This document shows positions 7,178 to 15,262 of a DNA stretch of 32,000 nt, piece after piece. Origin of the DNA: Phycisphaera mikurensis NBRC 102666 (GTDB lineage: Bacteria; Planctomycetota; Phycisphaerae; Phycisphaerales; Phycisphaeraceae); NCBI RefSeq assembly GCF_000284115.1, contig NC_017080.1:3360001-3392000 (forward strand). Reading direction: 5' to 3'. The position numbers and the translations under genes were made by a program. The notes below the pieces were generated by a model. That model ran no database searches, had not been told where the DNA came from, and worked only from the letters and a program-made list of their open reading frames with translations. How positions within the stretch are numbered: the stretch's first letter is position 1; the number at the start of each line of letters is the position of its first letter.

Positions 7178-9784
7178 GTGCGGCGCCTGCTCGACACCTG
7201 CATCCACGCCGCCGAGGCGCGGCCCCGCGGGGCCGTGCTCGTCGGCGTGCTCGTGATGCTGCTGGGCGCCGGCTCGGCGTTGACGCTGCGGCCGGGCACG
7301 GCGGTGGAGGACATGCTGCCGGCCGCCTCGCCTTCGGCCGAGGCGCTGGGCCGGGTGCTGCAGGACTTCCGACTCATCGACGACCTCGTGCTCGTCGTCG
7401 ACCCACCGGCGGGCGCCCAGGAAGCCGACGTCGCGGCCCAGACGCGCCGGCTGGCCGACCGTCTCCGGGTCCGGCTGGCCGGGGACAGGAGCATCGGCGG
7501 CGTGCGGGCGTCCGCCGGGCAAGCCGACGGGGCGGGCGTGGCGGGGATGGCGCAGCTGCACGCGTACGCGGCGGCGTACGCCCCCTGGCTGCTCGACGGA
7601 GCCGGCCGCGAGCGGCTGCGGGCGGCGCTGGAGCCGGCCGCGATGCGGGCCTCGCTGGAGCGCCTGCGGCGCTCGCTGGGCGCAGCCGGCAGCGAGTCCG
7701 CGGCCGGGGCGGGGCCGACCGCGGCCGATCCGCTGGGGCTGGTCGCGACGCTGCTCGACCCCGGGAGCGACCCGCTGGCCGCGCCGCCGGTCGGACCCGC
7801 CGACGCGGCCGCCCCGCCGTCGATCCGCATCGCCGCCACGCGGCCCGCGAACGACCTGCCCTACGCCGCGTCGCTGCTGAAGACCGTGACCGCCGCGGTC
7901 GCCGCCGAGAACGACGACCAGCTCGAAACGACCGCGACCGGCGCCCACGCCATCGCCGACTTCACGGCCCGCTCGGTCCGCGCCGACATGGTCATCAGCC
8001 TCGCGGTGACGATGGCCTCGCTGTCGCTGCTCTTCCTGCTGGTCTACCGCAGCGGGCGAACCCTCCCGCTGCTCTTGCTGACCGTCAACGGCGGGCTGGT
8101 AACGGCCTTCGGCCTGTACGCGGCGTTCGGCGGGAGCCTCTCGCCGGTGACCGCCGTGTGCGGGGCCGTGCTCGCCGGCCTGGGCATCGACTACGGCGTT
8201 CACCTGCTCGCGGCGCGGCGCTTCGACCGCGACGCGGCGCCGCCGCTCGTGGGCCAGGCGGCGGCGGACGCGAGCCGACCCGCACCCGCGGCCGGTGGCG
8301 TCATGGGCATCGGCCCGACGCTCGTCGCCGCCTGCGTGACCTCGTGCATCGGCTTCGCCGCGGTCGGCCTCGCCGGCGTGCGGGCGCTCAGCGAGTTCGC
8401 CGTGCTCGGCGTCTTGGGCCTCGTCGCGACGCTGGCGATGACGCTGTTGTTCCTACCCGCCGCCCTGAAGCTCGCCGGCGGCGCCGACGCGGCGCGGCCG
8501 CGGCTCGACCCCCAGCCGCTGCTCCGCCGGCTGCTCCGCCGGCCGCGTGTGCCGCTGTTCGCCGTGTCGATCGGCGGGGGCATGGTGGCCGCGGTGCTCT
8601 CCACCGGCGGCGGCGTCCGCTTCGCCAGCGACCTGGAGGCGATGCACGCCCGCCCCAACCCGCCGCTGGAGGCGCAAGCCCGGTTGACGGGCGCGGCCGA
8701 AGCCTCGGGCGGGCTGCTCGTGCTCGTGGAGGCCGACCCGCTGAGGCCCGGGTCGCTGCGCGAGCGGACGCTCGCCGCCGAGGCCGCGCTGGCCCGGCTC
8801 GCGGCCGAGGCCGGCTCGCCGGTCGCTTCGGTGACCGGCCCGGGCCGCTTCCTGCCCACCGGCGACGCCGACGCCGCGTACGCCGGGCTCGACGCCGACG
8901 CCGCCCTCGCCGCTCTGGACGCCGCCGCGTCGGAGGCGGGCTTCGCGCCGAACGCCTTCGCGGGCTTCCGGGAGACGCTCCGCACGCTGCTCACCCCCGC
9001 CCCGCCGCCGGGCCCCGAGGCGCTCGCGTCGACCCCGCTGGCCCGGCTGCTGCCCCGAAGCTCCGCCGCCGGCGCCATCCCGGCGGCGCTGGTGGTCGTG
9101 CGGCTCGCCCGGCCCTGGGAGCTGCTGGCCGATCGGGCGGCCGCCTTGGACCGCGTGCGGGCCGCGCTCGCGCCCGTCCGCGGCGCCACCGCCACCGGCC
9201 TCGCGGTCGTCGGCGCGGACATGCAGGCCCGCATCGCCGAGGTGCTGCCCCGCCTGCTCGCGATCGCCGGCCTGGCGGTGGTGCTCTGGCTCGCCGTCGT
9301 GTTCCGCAACCCCTGGGACGTCTTCCTCGCGCTCGGGCCCGCCGCCCTGGGCCTCGCCGCCGTGCTCGCCGCCGTCGTCCTCACCGACACCGAGCTGCAG
9401 GCCGCCAACCTCATCGCGCTGCCGCTCACGCTGGGCCTGGGCGTGGACGACGGCATCTTCCTGGTCCACCTCGCCCGCAAGGTGCGGCGGGCCAGCGAGA
9501 CGCCGACCGCGGGCGTGACCGCCCGCACGCTCGAGGCCGCGGCCGCCGGGCCGGTCCACGCGATCCTCATCACCAGCGTCACCACCATCGCCGCCTTCGG
9601 CTCGCTGTGGTTCACGCGGAGCCCGGCGATCGCGTCGCTGGGCCTGCTCTCGGCGGTCGGCGTCACGGCCTGCCTGGCCGTGTCGGTGCTCGGCCTGCTG
9701 CCGGCGCTGGCGATCCAGCAGCGCTGGCTGGTGAAGCGCCGCGAGGCGCGGGAGCAGCGCAGCGCCGGGCGGCCGGGCCGGTGA
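7178..9784 (+). CDS. MMPL/RND-superfamily membrane transporter (predicted exporter)
   Basis: 868 aa with a GTG start 32 nt after the GT2 stop. Two soluble-loop plus multi-TM halves carry MMPL-type motifs (AGLGIDYGVHLL and LGLGVDDGIFLVH). Confidence 0.85.
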   Translation: MRRLLDTCIHAAEARPRGAVLVGVLVMLLGAGSALTLRPGTAVEDMLPAASPSAEALGRVLQDFRLIDDLVLVVDPPAGAQEADVAAQTRRLADRLRVRLAGDRSIGGVRASAGQADGAGVAGMAQLHAYAAAYAPWLLDGAGRERLRAALEPAAMRASLERLRRSLGAAGSESAAGAGPTAADPLGLVATLLDPGSDPLAAPPVGPADAAAPPSIRIAATRPANDLPYAASLLKTVTAAVAAENDDQLETTATGAHAIADFTARSVRADMVISLAVTMASLSLLFLLVYRSGRTLPLLLLTVNGGLVTAFGLYAAFGGSLSPVTAVCGAVLAGLGIDYGVHLLAARRFDRDAAPPLVGQAAADASRPAPAAGGVMGIGPTLVAACVTSCIGFAAVGLAGVRALSEFAVLGVLGLVATLAMTLLFLPAALKLAGGADAARPRLDPQPLLRRLLRRPRVPLFAVSIGGGMVAAVLSTGGGVRFASDLEAMHARPNPPLEAQARLTGAAEASGGLLVLVEADPLRPGSLRERTLAAEAALARLAAEAGSPVASVTGPGRFLPTGDADAAYAGLDADAALAALDAAASEAGFAPNAFAGFRETLRTLLTPAPPPGPEALASTPLARLLPRSSAAGAIPAALVVVRLARPWELLADRAAALDRVRAALAPVRGATATGLAVVGADMQARIAEVLPRLLAIAGLAVVLWLAVVFRNPWDVFLALGPAALGLAAVLAAVVLTDTELQAANLIALPLTLGLGVDDGIFLVHLARKVRRASETPTAGVTARTLEAAAAGPVHAILITSVTTIAAFGSLWFTRSPAIASLGLLSAVGVTACLAVSVLGLLPALAIQQRWLVKRREAREQRSAGRPGR

Positions 9785-10506
9785 TGCCCCCCGGGGGCTC
9801 CTGGTCGCTTCTGGCGCCAACCGCGGGCCTGGCGGCGATCGGCGCCGGCCTCGGCTTTGGCGCGGCCTGGCCGCGCTCGAACCTCTTCGGCGGCGTCGTG
9901 TCGCGACGGCCCGTGCCGCTGCCGCCGCTCCACGCCGCCGCGCTCACGCTGTGGTGGCGGCCGGGGCGGCGCGGGTGCGGGCTGCTGCTGGACCGCCTGC
10001 TCGACGGCGACCGGCCCGGCCGCTTCCGCGTGTGCGTCTTCGTGGACGCGGCCGACGCCCGGGCCGACGCCCACGCCCTCGAGGAGCTGGCCGACGCCGG
10101 CCACGCCGTCGGCTCCCGCGGCGGCCCCATCGACCGCGCCGCGCTCGCCGAGGGCTACGGCGGCTGGCGTCGCCGCCTCGACGCCGCCGACGACGCGATC
10201 GCCGACGCGACCGGCCGCCGGCCGGTCTTCTTCCGCCCCCCGCGTGGCGTCAAGACCCCGGCGATGCTGCGGGAGGCGGCGGCGGGCGGGCAGGTCGCCG
10301 TCACCTGGGCGCGGCGTCTGCCGCCGCGGCTGCCGGTCGCGCCCGCCGCCCGGTGGCTCGCGGGAGCCGCGGCCGGCGGCGTGCTCGACCTGGGCGCGGA
10401 CCCGCTGCGCGCCGCGGACGGCCTGCCGTTTCTGCTGTCCGGGCTCGCGGTCCGCGGGGTGCGGGTGGTGGGGATGCGGGAGCTGCTGGGCGGGGAGGCC
10501 GCGTGA
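9784..10506 (+). CDS. NodB-homology (polysaccharide deacetylase fold) protein, catalytic motifs apparently degenerate
   Basis: Only the 3' 723 nt of track ORF 8158..10506 are credible. The ATG at 9784 overlaps the TGA (9782-9784) of the MMPL gene; an in-frame GTG at 9781 is an alternative start. The NodB layout is visible: ALTLWWRPG (position of TFDDG), GHAVGSRG (position of HxxxxH), FFRPPRGV (RPPYG-like), VLDLGAD (position of LxHD). Confidence 0.7.
   Translation: MPPGGSWSLLAPTAGLAAIGAGLGFGAAWPRSNLFGGVVSRRPVPLPPLHAAALTLWWRPGRRGCGLLLDRLLDGDRPGRFRVCVFVDAADARADAHALEELADAGHAVGSRGGPIDRAALAEGYGGWRRRLDAADDAIADATGRRPVFFRPPRGVKTPAMLREAAAGGQVAVTWARRLPPRLPVAPAARWLAGAAAGGVLDLGADPLRAADGLPFLLSGLAVRGVRVVGMRELLGGEAA
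10412..10457. repeat. 46-nt palindromic-ended element, copy C (degenerate, inside the NodB-like CDS)
   Basis: CCGCGGACGG (one mismatch, 10412-10421), a 26-nt spacer, then CGGTCCGCGG (10448-10457). The spacer shares TGCCGTTTC with copy D. It is translated ...AADGLPFLLSGLAVRG. Confidence 0.65.
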
Positions 10507-10607
10507 ACAAGGCAGGAGCGATCGGATCCCGGCGGAGCGGACGCCGCGGCCGTCTCTTCCGGTTGACGCGTCCCCGGCGCAGGCGGTTCGCCTGTCACAC
10601 TGTGCCC

Positions 10608-11297
10608 ATGCTCGACCTCGCCGCCCCGCCCCGCCTGCCGCTCGTCGCCCCCTCCGTGCTCGCCGCGGACTTCGGCCGCGCGGCCGGGGACGCCGCCGAC
10701 GCCCTCGCCGCCGGCGGCGACCTCCTCCACGTCGACGTGATGGACGGGCACTTCGTGCCGAACCTCTCGATGGGCGGAGGCATGATCGCCGGCCTGCGGA
10801 AGCACCTGCCCGACGCCTTCCTCGACGTGCACCTCATGGTCGAGCGGCCGCACGATTACGTCGGAGCCTTCGCCGAGGCGGGCGCGAACAGCTTCAGCTT
10901 CCACGCCGAGGTCTGCCGCCCGCACCGCGTGCACGGCGTCGACGCCGGCGACCTGATCGCTTCCATCCGCGACGCCGGGATGACGCCCGGGATGGTGATC
11001 AACCCGCCCACGCCGGTCTCGTGGGTCGCCCCTTACCTCGACGGCCTCGGCCTCGTGCTGGTGATGAGCGTCTTCCCCGGCGCGGGCGGGCAGTCGTTCA
11101 TGCCGGAGGTGCTGACCAAGTGCCGCGAGCTGCGGACGCGGCTGCGGCCGACGACGCGCCTGCAGATCGACGGGGGCATCGGGCCGGGCACGGCGTCGGC
11201 GGCCCGCGACGCCGGCGTCGACCTCCTCGTCGCCGGATCGGCCGTCTTCGGCGCAGCGGACCGCGCGGCGACGATCGCCGGCATCCGGGGAGCCTGA
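10608..11297 (+). CDS. rpe: Ribulose-phosphate 3-epimerase
   Basis: 229 aa from the ATG at 10608, the 3' part of track ORF 9951..11297. Motifs: PSVLAADF, HVDVMDGHFVPN, DVHLMV, VMSVFPGAGGQSF, QIDGGI. Confidence 0.93.
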   Translation: MLDLAAPPRLPLVAPSVLAADFGRAAGDAADALAAGGDLLHVDVMDGHFVPNLSMGGGMIAGLRKHLPDAFLDVHLMVERPHDYVGAFAEAGANSFSFHAEVCRPHRVHGVDAGDLIASIRDAGMTPGMVINPPTPVSWVAPYLDGLGLVLVMSVFPGAGGQSFMPEVLTKCRELRTRLRPTTRLQIDGGIGPGTASAARDAGVDLLVAGSAVFGAADRAATIAGIRGA

Positions 11298-11355
11298 CCC
11301 GCCGGTCGCGACACCACGCCCGCTGCGCCCGCCGGACCGACGCGCGGGAACGCCC

Positions 11356-11385
11356 TTGACCCGCCCCCGCCGCGGCGGATAGACT
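11356..11385 (+). promoter_or_regulatory. Candidate sigma70-like promoter for tRNA-Gln
   Basis: TTGACC (11356-11361), 18 nt, then TAGACT (11380-11385). The -10 element ends 26 nt before the tRNA 5' end. Promoter consensus in this lineage is unknown to me. Confidence 0.3.
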
Positions 11386-11411
11386 CCCGCCCTCGCCGCG
11401 GCGGGAACACC

Positions 11412-11482
11412 AGGCCCATGGTGTAACGGTAGCACTAAAGATTCTGATTCTTTCAGTCGGGGTTCGAATCCCTGTGGGCCTA
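11412..11482 (+). tRNA. tRNA-Gln (anticodon CUG)
   Basis: Manual cloverleaf of 71 nt. Acceptor stem AGGCCCA/TGGGCCT plus discriminator A. D arm GTGT-AACGGTA-GCAC. Anticodon stem AAAGA/TCTTT with loop TTCTGAT (CTG). T arm CGGGG-TTCGAAT-CCCTG. CCA is not encoded. Confidence 0.9.
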
Positions 11483-11534
11483 AGCCGGACCCGCCCGCCC
11501 GCCGGCGGACGCTGTCCCGCTGCGCTGCCGCGGC

Positions 11535-11554
11535 GGGCCGGGCCGGGCCGGGCC
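11535..11554 (+). repeat. (GGGCC)x4 microsatellite / G-quadruplex-type motif
   Basis: GGGCCGGGCCGGGCCGGGCC was read directly. It contains four G3 runs with 2-nt loops and begins 53 nt downstream of the tRNA 3' end. Confidence 0.8.
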
Positions 11555-11708
11555 GACGGACGGGTCCGCAAGGTCCGAAAACCTCGGGGAATCCGCCTAT
11601 CCGGACCCTCGGTAGACTCGGCCCGCCGATAACGAACCGTGTTCCGGAGCCGCTGCTCCGCCGCGTTTGGCATCTGAACCCCGCCCGAATCCCGCCCCCG
11701 AGCCGACC

Positions 11709-12335
11709 ATGCCCGCCACGCGCACCTCCCGTTTTCCCGCCGCCACCGTCTCCTGCGCCGGCGGGCTGCTCGCCGTGTCGGTGCTGTGGAGCGCCGGCTG
11801 CCAGGTGGCGCCGCTGCCGGAGGGCTACAACTGGGACCTCAAGAGCACCAGCGACCTGGGCTACGCCGAGACCGGCACCGCCCGTCACCGCAACGGCTTC
11901 AGGGCGAGCCGCGTCGACAGCCGCGACGCCGGCACCGCGCGGGCCGGCCGCACGTACAACTTCGCCTCCGCCCTGCCCGGCACCGAGGCCGAGGCCGCCG
12001 GGGCGCCCGCCGCCCCGCGGCAGCCCGACCTCTCCCCGCCGGCCGCCGCCCCGCAGAACCTCTTCGAGCCCGACCCCGCCGCCGAGCTGTTCGCGAGCCC
12101 CGCCACCGCCCGCCCCGCCTACCGGGTCGGCGTCGCCCCCACCCCGGCCACCGGCCGCCCCGCCTCCGCGGCGCTGCACACCGTCGAGCGTGGCGACAGC
12201 CTCTGGAAGATCGCCGAGCGGCGCTACGGCAACGGCCTCCGCTACGTGGACATCCTCGCCGCCAACCCCGGCATCAACCCCGACCGGCTCACCATCGGCG
12301 ACCGGCTCGTGCTGCCGGGCCTCGCGGGCGAGTGA
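11709..12335 (+). CDS. LysM-domain lipoprotein
   Basis: The ATG at 11709 is preferred over the TTG at 11667. It gives a signal peptide and lipobox (VSVLWSAGC). The C-terminal LysM is HTVERGDSLWKIAERRYGNGLRYVDILAANPGINPDRLTIGDRLVLP. Confidence 0.85.
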   Translation: MPATRTSRFPAATVSCAGGLLAVSVLWSAGCQVAPLPEGYNWDLKSTSDLGYAETGTARHRNGFRASRVDSRDAGTARAGRTYNFASALPGTEAEAAGAPAAPRQPDLSPPAAAPQNLFEPDPAAELFASPATARPAYRVGVAPTPATGRPASAALHTVERGDSLWKIAERRYGNGLRYVDILAANPGINPDRLTIGDRLVLPGLAGE

Positions 12336-12351
12336 CCCCGGCGGATCGGGT

Positions 12352-12397
12352 CCGCGGACCGTTGCCGTTTCCGCCCTCGCCGGCCCGCGGTCCGCGG
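12352..12397. repeat. 46-nt palindromic-ended element, copy D (intergenic, downstream of the LysM gene)
   Basis: CCGCGGACCG (12352-12361), a 26-nt spacer, then CGGTCCGCGG (12388-12397). The left arm is embedded in a perfect 12-bp palindrome GGTCCGCGGACC (12349-12360). Confidence 0.85.
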
Positions 12398-12601
12398 CGT
12401 CCCGCTCGGGTGCGCCGGAGGGAGCCGGAGCGACCGCCCGGGAGGGCGCGGGGCCCGGGCCCGGACCTCCGCCTCCGCCCGCGCGCTCGGGACGCGGCCC
12501 GGTCGCGCGGCCGGCGCGGGGCGGGCGGCGGGCGACGCCGCGGGTTTGCGGTTCTTGTTCGGATCGGTAGGCTGCGGCCGCCTTCCTTCCGGAACCCGAA
12601 C

Positions 12602-13612
12602 ATGAACGCGACCCCCAACGGCGTCCTGCCCAAGACGATCCGGGGGCGCTGCGCCCGGGTGCTCAGCTACGTCACCGCCGTGACGCGGGTGGACCCGGCG
12701 CAGGTGCGGGCGGGCGCCGTGCCCGAGCGGCCCGGCTTCGTCACGCGGCTGCTCAACGAGCTCGTCGAGCAGGGCTGGCTGGTGGAGGCCGATCCCGCAG
12801 CGGGCCTCGTGCGGGAGCGGGCGGCCCCGGCGGCCCGCCGCCAGGACCTGTTGCTGCGGTGGAACCGCGCCCGCGGCCCCTTCGACGCCGACGCCTGGCT
12901 CGACGCGAAGCTCGCGGGCGACCGCGTCGCCGAGCGGCCGGCGGGGGAGCGGCCGCGGGAGCGTCTGCTCGAGAGCGGCGTGGGCCTGCTCTCCAACGCC
13001 GACCTGCTCGCGGTGCTCATCCGCAGCGGCCGGCCCGGGGAGTCCGCCATCACCGCCGGCGACAAGCTCTCGCGCGCCTTCGCCGATCGCCTGACCGCCC
13101 TGCCCCACGCCGGCCGCGAGGAGCTCAAGGCGCTCAGCTGCGCCGTCAACATCACCGCCTACTGCGCCATCCTGGCCGGCATCGAGCTCGGCCGTCGCGT
13201 CGCGGTCGCCGCCGAGGCCGAGCCCGCGGCGCAGATCACCGGGACCGCCAGCGCCGTGAACTTCTGCCGCCGCCGCTTCGCTCGGCTCGCCGCCGACGGC
13301 GTGCAGGAGGAGTTCCACCTCGTGACGCTCGACACCCGCCACCACGTCATCGGCACGCACCGCGTCACGGTCGGCACGCTCGATGCCAGCCTCGTGCACC
13401 CGCGGGAGGTCTTCCGGCCGGCCATCCGCGACGCCGCCGCCGCCGTGCTGCTCGTGCACAACCACCCCAGCGGCGACCCCACGCCCAGCCCCGAGGACCA
13501 CGCGGTGACGCGGCGGATGGAGGCAGCCGGCCGCACCGTCGGCATCGACGTGCTCGACCACGTGATCGTCGCCCGCAGCGGGTGCTTCAGCGTGCGGGCG
13601 GGAGCCCGCTGA
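12602..13612 (+). CDS. radC: RadC-family JAB/MPN-domain protein with an N-terminal extension of about 115 aa
   Basis: 336 aa from the ATG at 12602, the 3' part of track ORF 11786..13612. The canonical RadC part starts near residue 118 (PRERLLESGVGLLSNADLLAVLIRSG). The JAB motif is intact (EEFHLVTLD ... LLVHNHPSGDPTPSPED). Confidence 0.88.
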   Translation: MNATPNGVLPKTIRGRCARVLSYVTAVTRVDPAQVRAGAVPERPGFVTRLLNELVEQGWLVEADPAAGLVRERAAPAARRQDLLLRWNRARGPFDADAWLDAKLAGDRVAERPAGERPRERLLESGVGLLSNADLLAVLIRSGRPGESAITAGDKLSRAFADRLTALPHAGREELKALSCAVNITAYCAILAGIELGRRVAVAAEAEPAAQITGTASAVNFCRRRFARLAADGVQEEFHLVTLDTRHHVIGTHRVTVGTLDASLVHPREVFRPAIRDAAAAVLLVHNHPSGDPTPSPEDHAVTRRMEAAGRTVGIDVLDHVIVARSGCFSVRAGAR

Positions 13613-13725
13613 TCCGGCGCCGCGGCGGGAGTTCCACGCGGGGCTCCCCCGCCCCGGCAAGCCTCCCCGAGCTCACCCGCGCGCGACTGGCCCCGGGGCC
13701 GGACGTCCCGCCCGCGCCCCGCTGC

Positions 13726-14004
13726 TCACCGCGAGACGAGCTTGTTGAAGCTGCTCTTCTGGCCGTCCGCGGTCTCCTCCTGGTAGAGCAGCGCCAGCCC
13801 GCTCTGGTCGAACTTCTCGAAGAATGCCTCCCACGAGATCTCCTCGAGCCCGTCGCTGTCGCTGTTCTGGTCGTCCGGGAACATGATGCGGATCACGCCG
13901 GCGTCGCCGCCGGCGGTGTCCGAGACCGTCGCCGGCTTGCCGCCGCGGCCCTCCGCCCAGGCCTTGATCTCGTCGTGATCGGTCGTCTTCGTGGAGCTGC
14001 TCAT
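13726..14004 (-). CDS. Small conserved hypothetical protein (92 aa)
   Basis: The ATG at 14004 (MSSSTKTTDHDEIKAWAEGRGGKPATV...EEISWEAFFEKFDQSGLALLYQEETADGQKSSFNKLVSR) is preferred over the R-rich upstream extension. The composition is normal. It resembles a widespread small protein of unknown function, recalled from memory and not verified. Confidence 0.7.
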   Translation of the reverse strand: MSSSTKTTDHDEIKAWAEGRGGKPATVSDTAGGDAGVIRIMFPDDQNSDSDGLEEISWEAFFEKFDQSGLALLYQEETADGQKSSFNKLVSR

Positions 14005-14198
14005 GCGGGGTTCTAGCGCGACCGAAGCCCGTCGGCACGGCGGGAAGCGGGCAGAGGCCGCGCTCCGCCGCCCGGGCAAAGATGCGAGAAGCCGCGTCAG
14101 GCGTCACGCGGCGGCGGCGGCAACCGCTCCCTCTTTCTCGCCCGCCGGCTTCCGCCCGATCCCTCCCCCGCTCCGCCATGCTCGCGGCTGCGTTCCGC

Positions 14199-14915
14199 TC
14201 ACTTGCCCTTCAGCGTCTTGTCGATGATCTTCTCCTCCGGGGCCCCCAGGCCGAGCAGGACCGGCCGCAGGTCCTCGCTGAAGCCCGGCGGGCCGCAGAG
14301 GTAGAAGTACTGGTCGAAGCTGCCGATCTTCTCCCCGAGGTAGCCCGCGTCGATGCGGCGCCTGTCGGCGAAACCCGTTTCCTCGCCGGTGACCTGGTAG
14401 ATCGCGTCGCGGCCGAGGAGGCCGTCCAGCTCGTCCTTGAGGAACACGTCGGCGGCCGTCGAGTTCGAGAACAGCAGGCGGTAGCCGGCGGTCCCGCCGC
14501 TGCGCTGCAGATCGCGGAGGATCGCGAGGAAGGGGGTCACACCCGCTCCGCCAGCGACGAAGACGCCCGGGCCGCGGTCGTAAAAGTAGCCGCCGGGCTC
14601 GCCCATGAGCAGCGTGTCGCCGACCCCGCAGCCGGACATCCGCTGCGTCATGCCTTCGTGCTCGGGGTAGTGCTTGACGACCCACTCCAGCGTCGCCGCG
14701 TCGGGCAGCGAGCTCATCGTGAAGGGCCGGTCCTCGTCGCGCCAGCCGTCGGCGTCGACCGCCAGGCGGCACGCCTCGCCGGGTCGGAAGGCGTAGCCGT
14801 CGGGCCGGGCGACCGTCCAGGCGGTGACGTTGTGGTTCAGCGGCTGCTTGCCGAGGATGCGGACGCGGTAGCGCCCGTCCTCGGCTCTGGAGACGGCGTC
14901 GGGAGAGTCGGTCAT
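14199..14915 (-). CDS. FNR-like FAD/NAD(P)-binding oxidoreductase
   Basis: 238 aa. It has an RxF/YT-type FAD motif (RPFTMSS) and an NAD(P)-binding motif (VFVAGGAGVTPF), and ends with YLCGPPGF. Confidence 0.8.
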   Translation of the reverse strand: MTDSPDAVSRAEDGRYRVRILGKQPLNHNVTAWTVARPDGYAFRPGEACRLAVDADGWRDEDRPFTMSSLPDAATLEWVVKHYPEHEGMTQRMSGCGVGDTLLMGEPGGYFYDRGPGVFVAGGAGVTPFLAILRDLQRSGGTAGYRLLFSNSTAADVFLKDELDGLLGRDAIYQVTGEETGFADRRRIDAGYLGEKIGSFDQYFYLCGPPGFSEDLRPVLLGLGAPEEKIIDKTLKGK

Positions 14916-14939
14916 GCGCGACGGTAGACCGCCGCGGGC

Positions 14940-15119
14940 TCAGTTCGCGGGGCGTCCGCCCGAGGGATCGCGGGCCAGCGGCGCCCGCGGGTTCGGCGAC
15001 TTCTCGGAGGCCGGCGGCTGCTGCAGGTCGGCGTTGTCCTTGCTCTTGCTCGCGGCGTCGGCCACGGTCTGGTCGGCGGGGTCGGCGGGCTGGTCCTTGG
15101 GGGGGTGGTCGAGGCTCAT
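14940..15119 (-). CDS. Small hydrophilic hypothetical protein (59 aa)
   Basis: ATG at 15119. Nearly every codon ends in G/C when read manually. The sequence is low-complexity and acidic/Pro-rich (MSLDHPPKDQPADPADQTVADAASKSKDNADLQQPP...). No family recognised. Confidence 0.4.
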   Translation of the reverse strand: MSLDHPPKDQPADPADQTVADAASKSKDNADLQQPPASEKSPNPRAPLARDPSGGRPAN

Positions 15120-15262
15120 GCCAAGGTCTAGGCGGCTGGGGGCATCGCGGCGCGGCGACGCGGCGGCGCCGGGCGGCCGGGAAGCCGTGCCGGCCGCGGC
15201 CACCCGCGGCGGGCGCACCGACGGATCGCCGCAGCGAGCGGTCGCCCCGCACCGCGGATCCT

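Noticed and set aside
8158-9783. 5' two-thirds of track ORF 8158..10506
   Set aside because: It overlaps the MMPL gene out of frame and is Arg/Gly/Pro-rich. Only the part from the ATG at 9784 shows NodB-fold features.
11264-11310. Possible eighth, degenerate copy of the 46-nt element at the rpe 3' end (CAGCGGACCGCGCGG ...)
   Set aside because: The left arm has a mismatch and the expected right arm position reads CGCCGGTCGC, which is not CGGTCCGCGG. This is too weak to count.
1302-11482. Integrative element bounded by the tyrosine recombinase and tRNA-Gln
   Set aside because: The recombinase has XerC/D housekeeping features rather than phage-integrase features. It lies 9 kb from the tRNA with ordinary envelope and metabolic genes between them. 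No direct repeat of the tRNA 3' end is visible in the window.
11613-11618. Second TAGACT hexamer upstream of the LysM gene as a -10 element
   Set aside because: No convincing -35 element lies at 17-18 nt (GAATCC/AATCCG), so it was not reported as a promoter.
10155-12179. 674-aa minus-strand ORF spanning rpe, the tRNA and the LysM gene
   Set aside because: It crosses a well-folded tRNA gene and is antisense to two supported CDSs. Its composition is artefactual.
13690-13701. 12-bp perfect palindrome GGCCCCGGGGCC between radC and the convergent small gene as a terminator
   Set aside because: There are no loop nucleotides and such GC palindromes are frequent at this composition, so support is insufficient.
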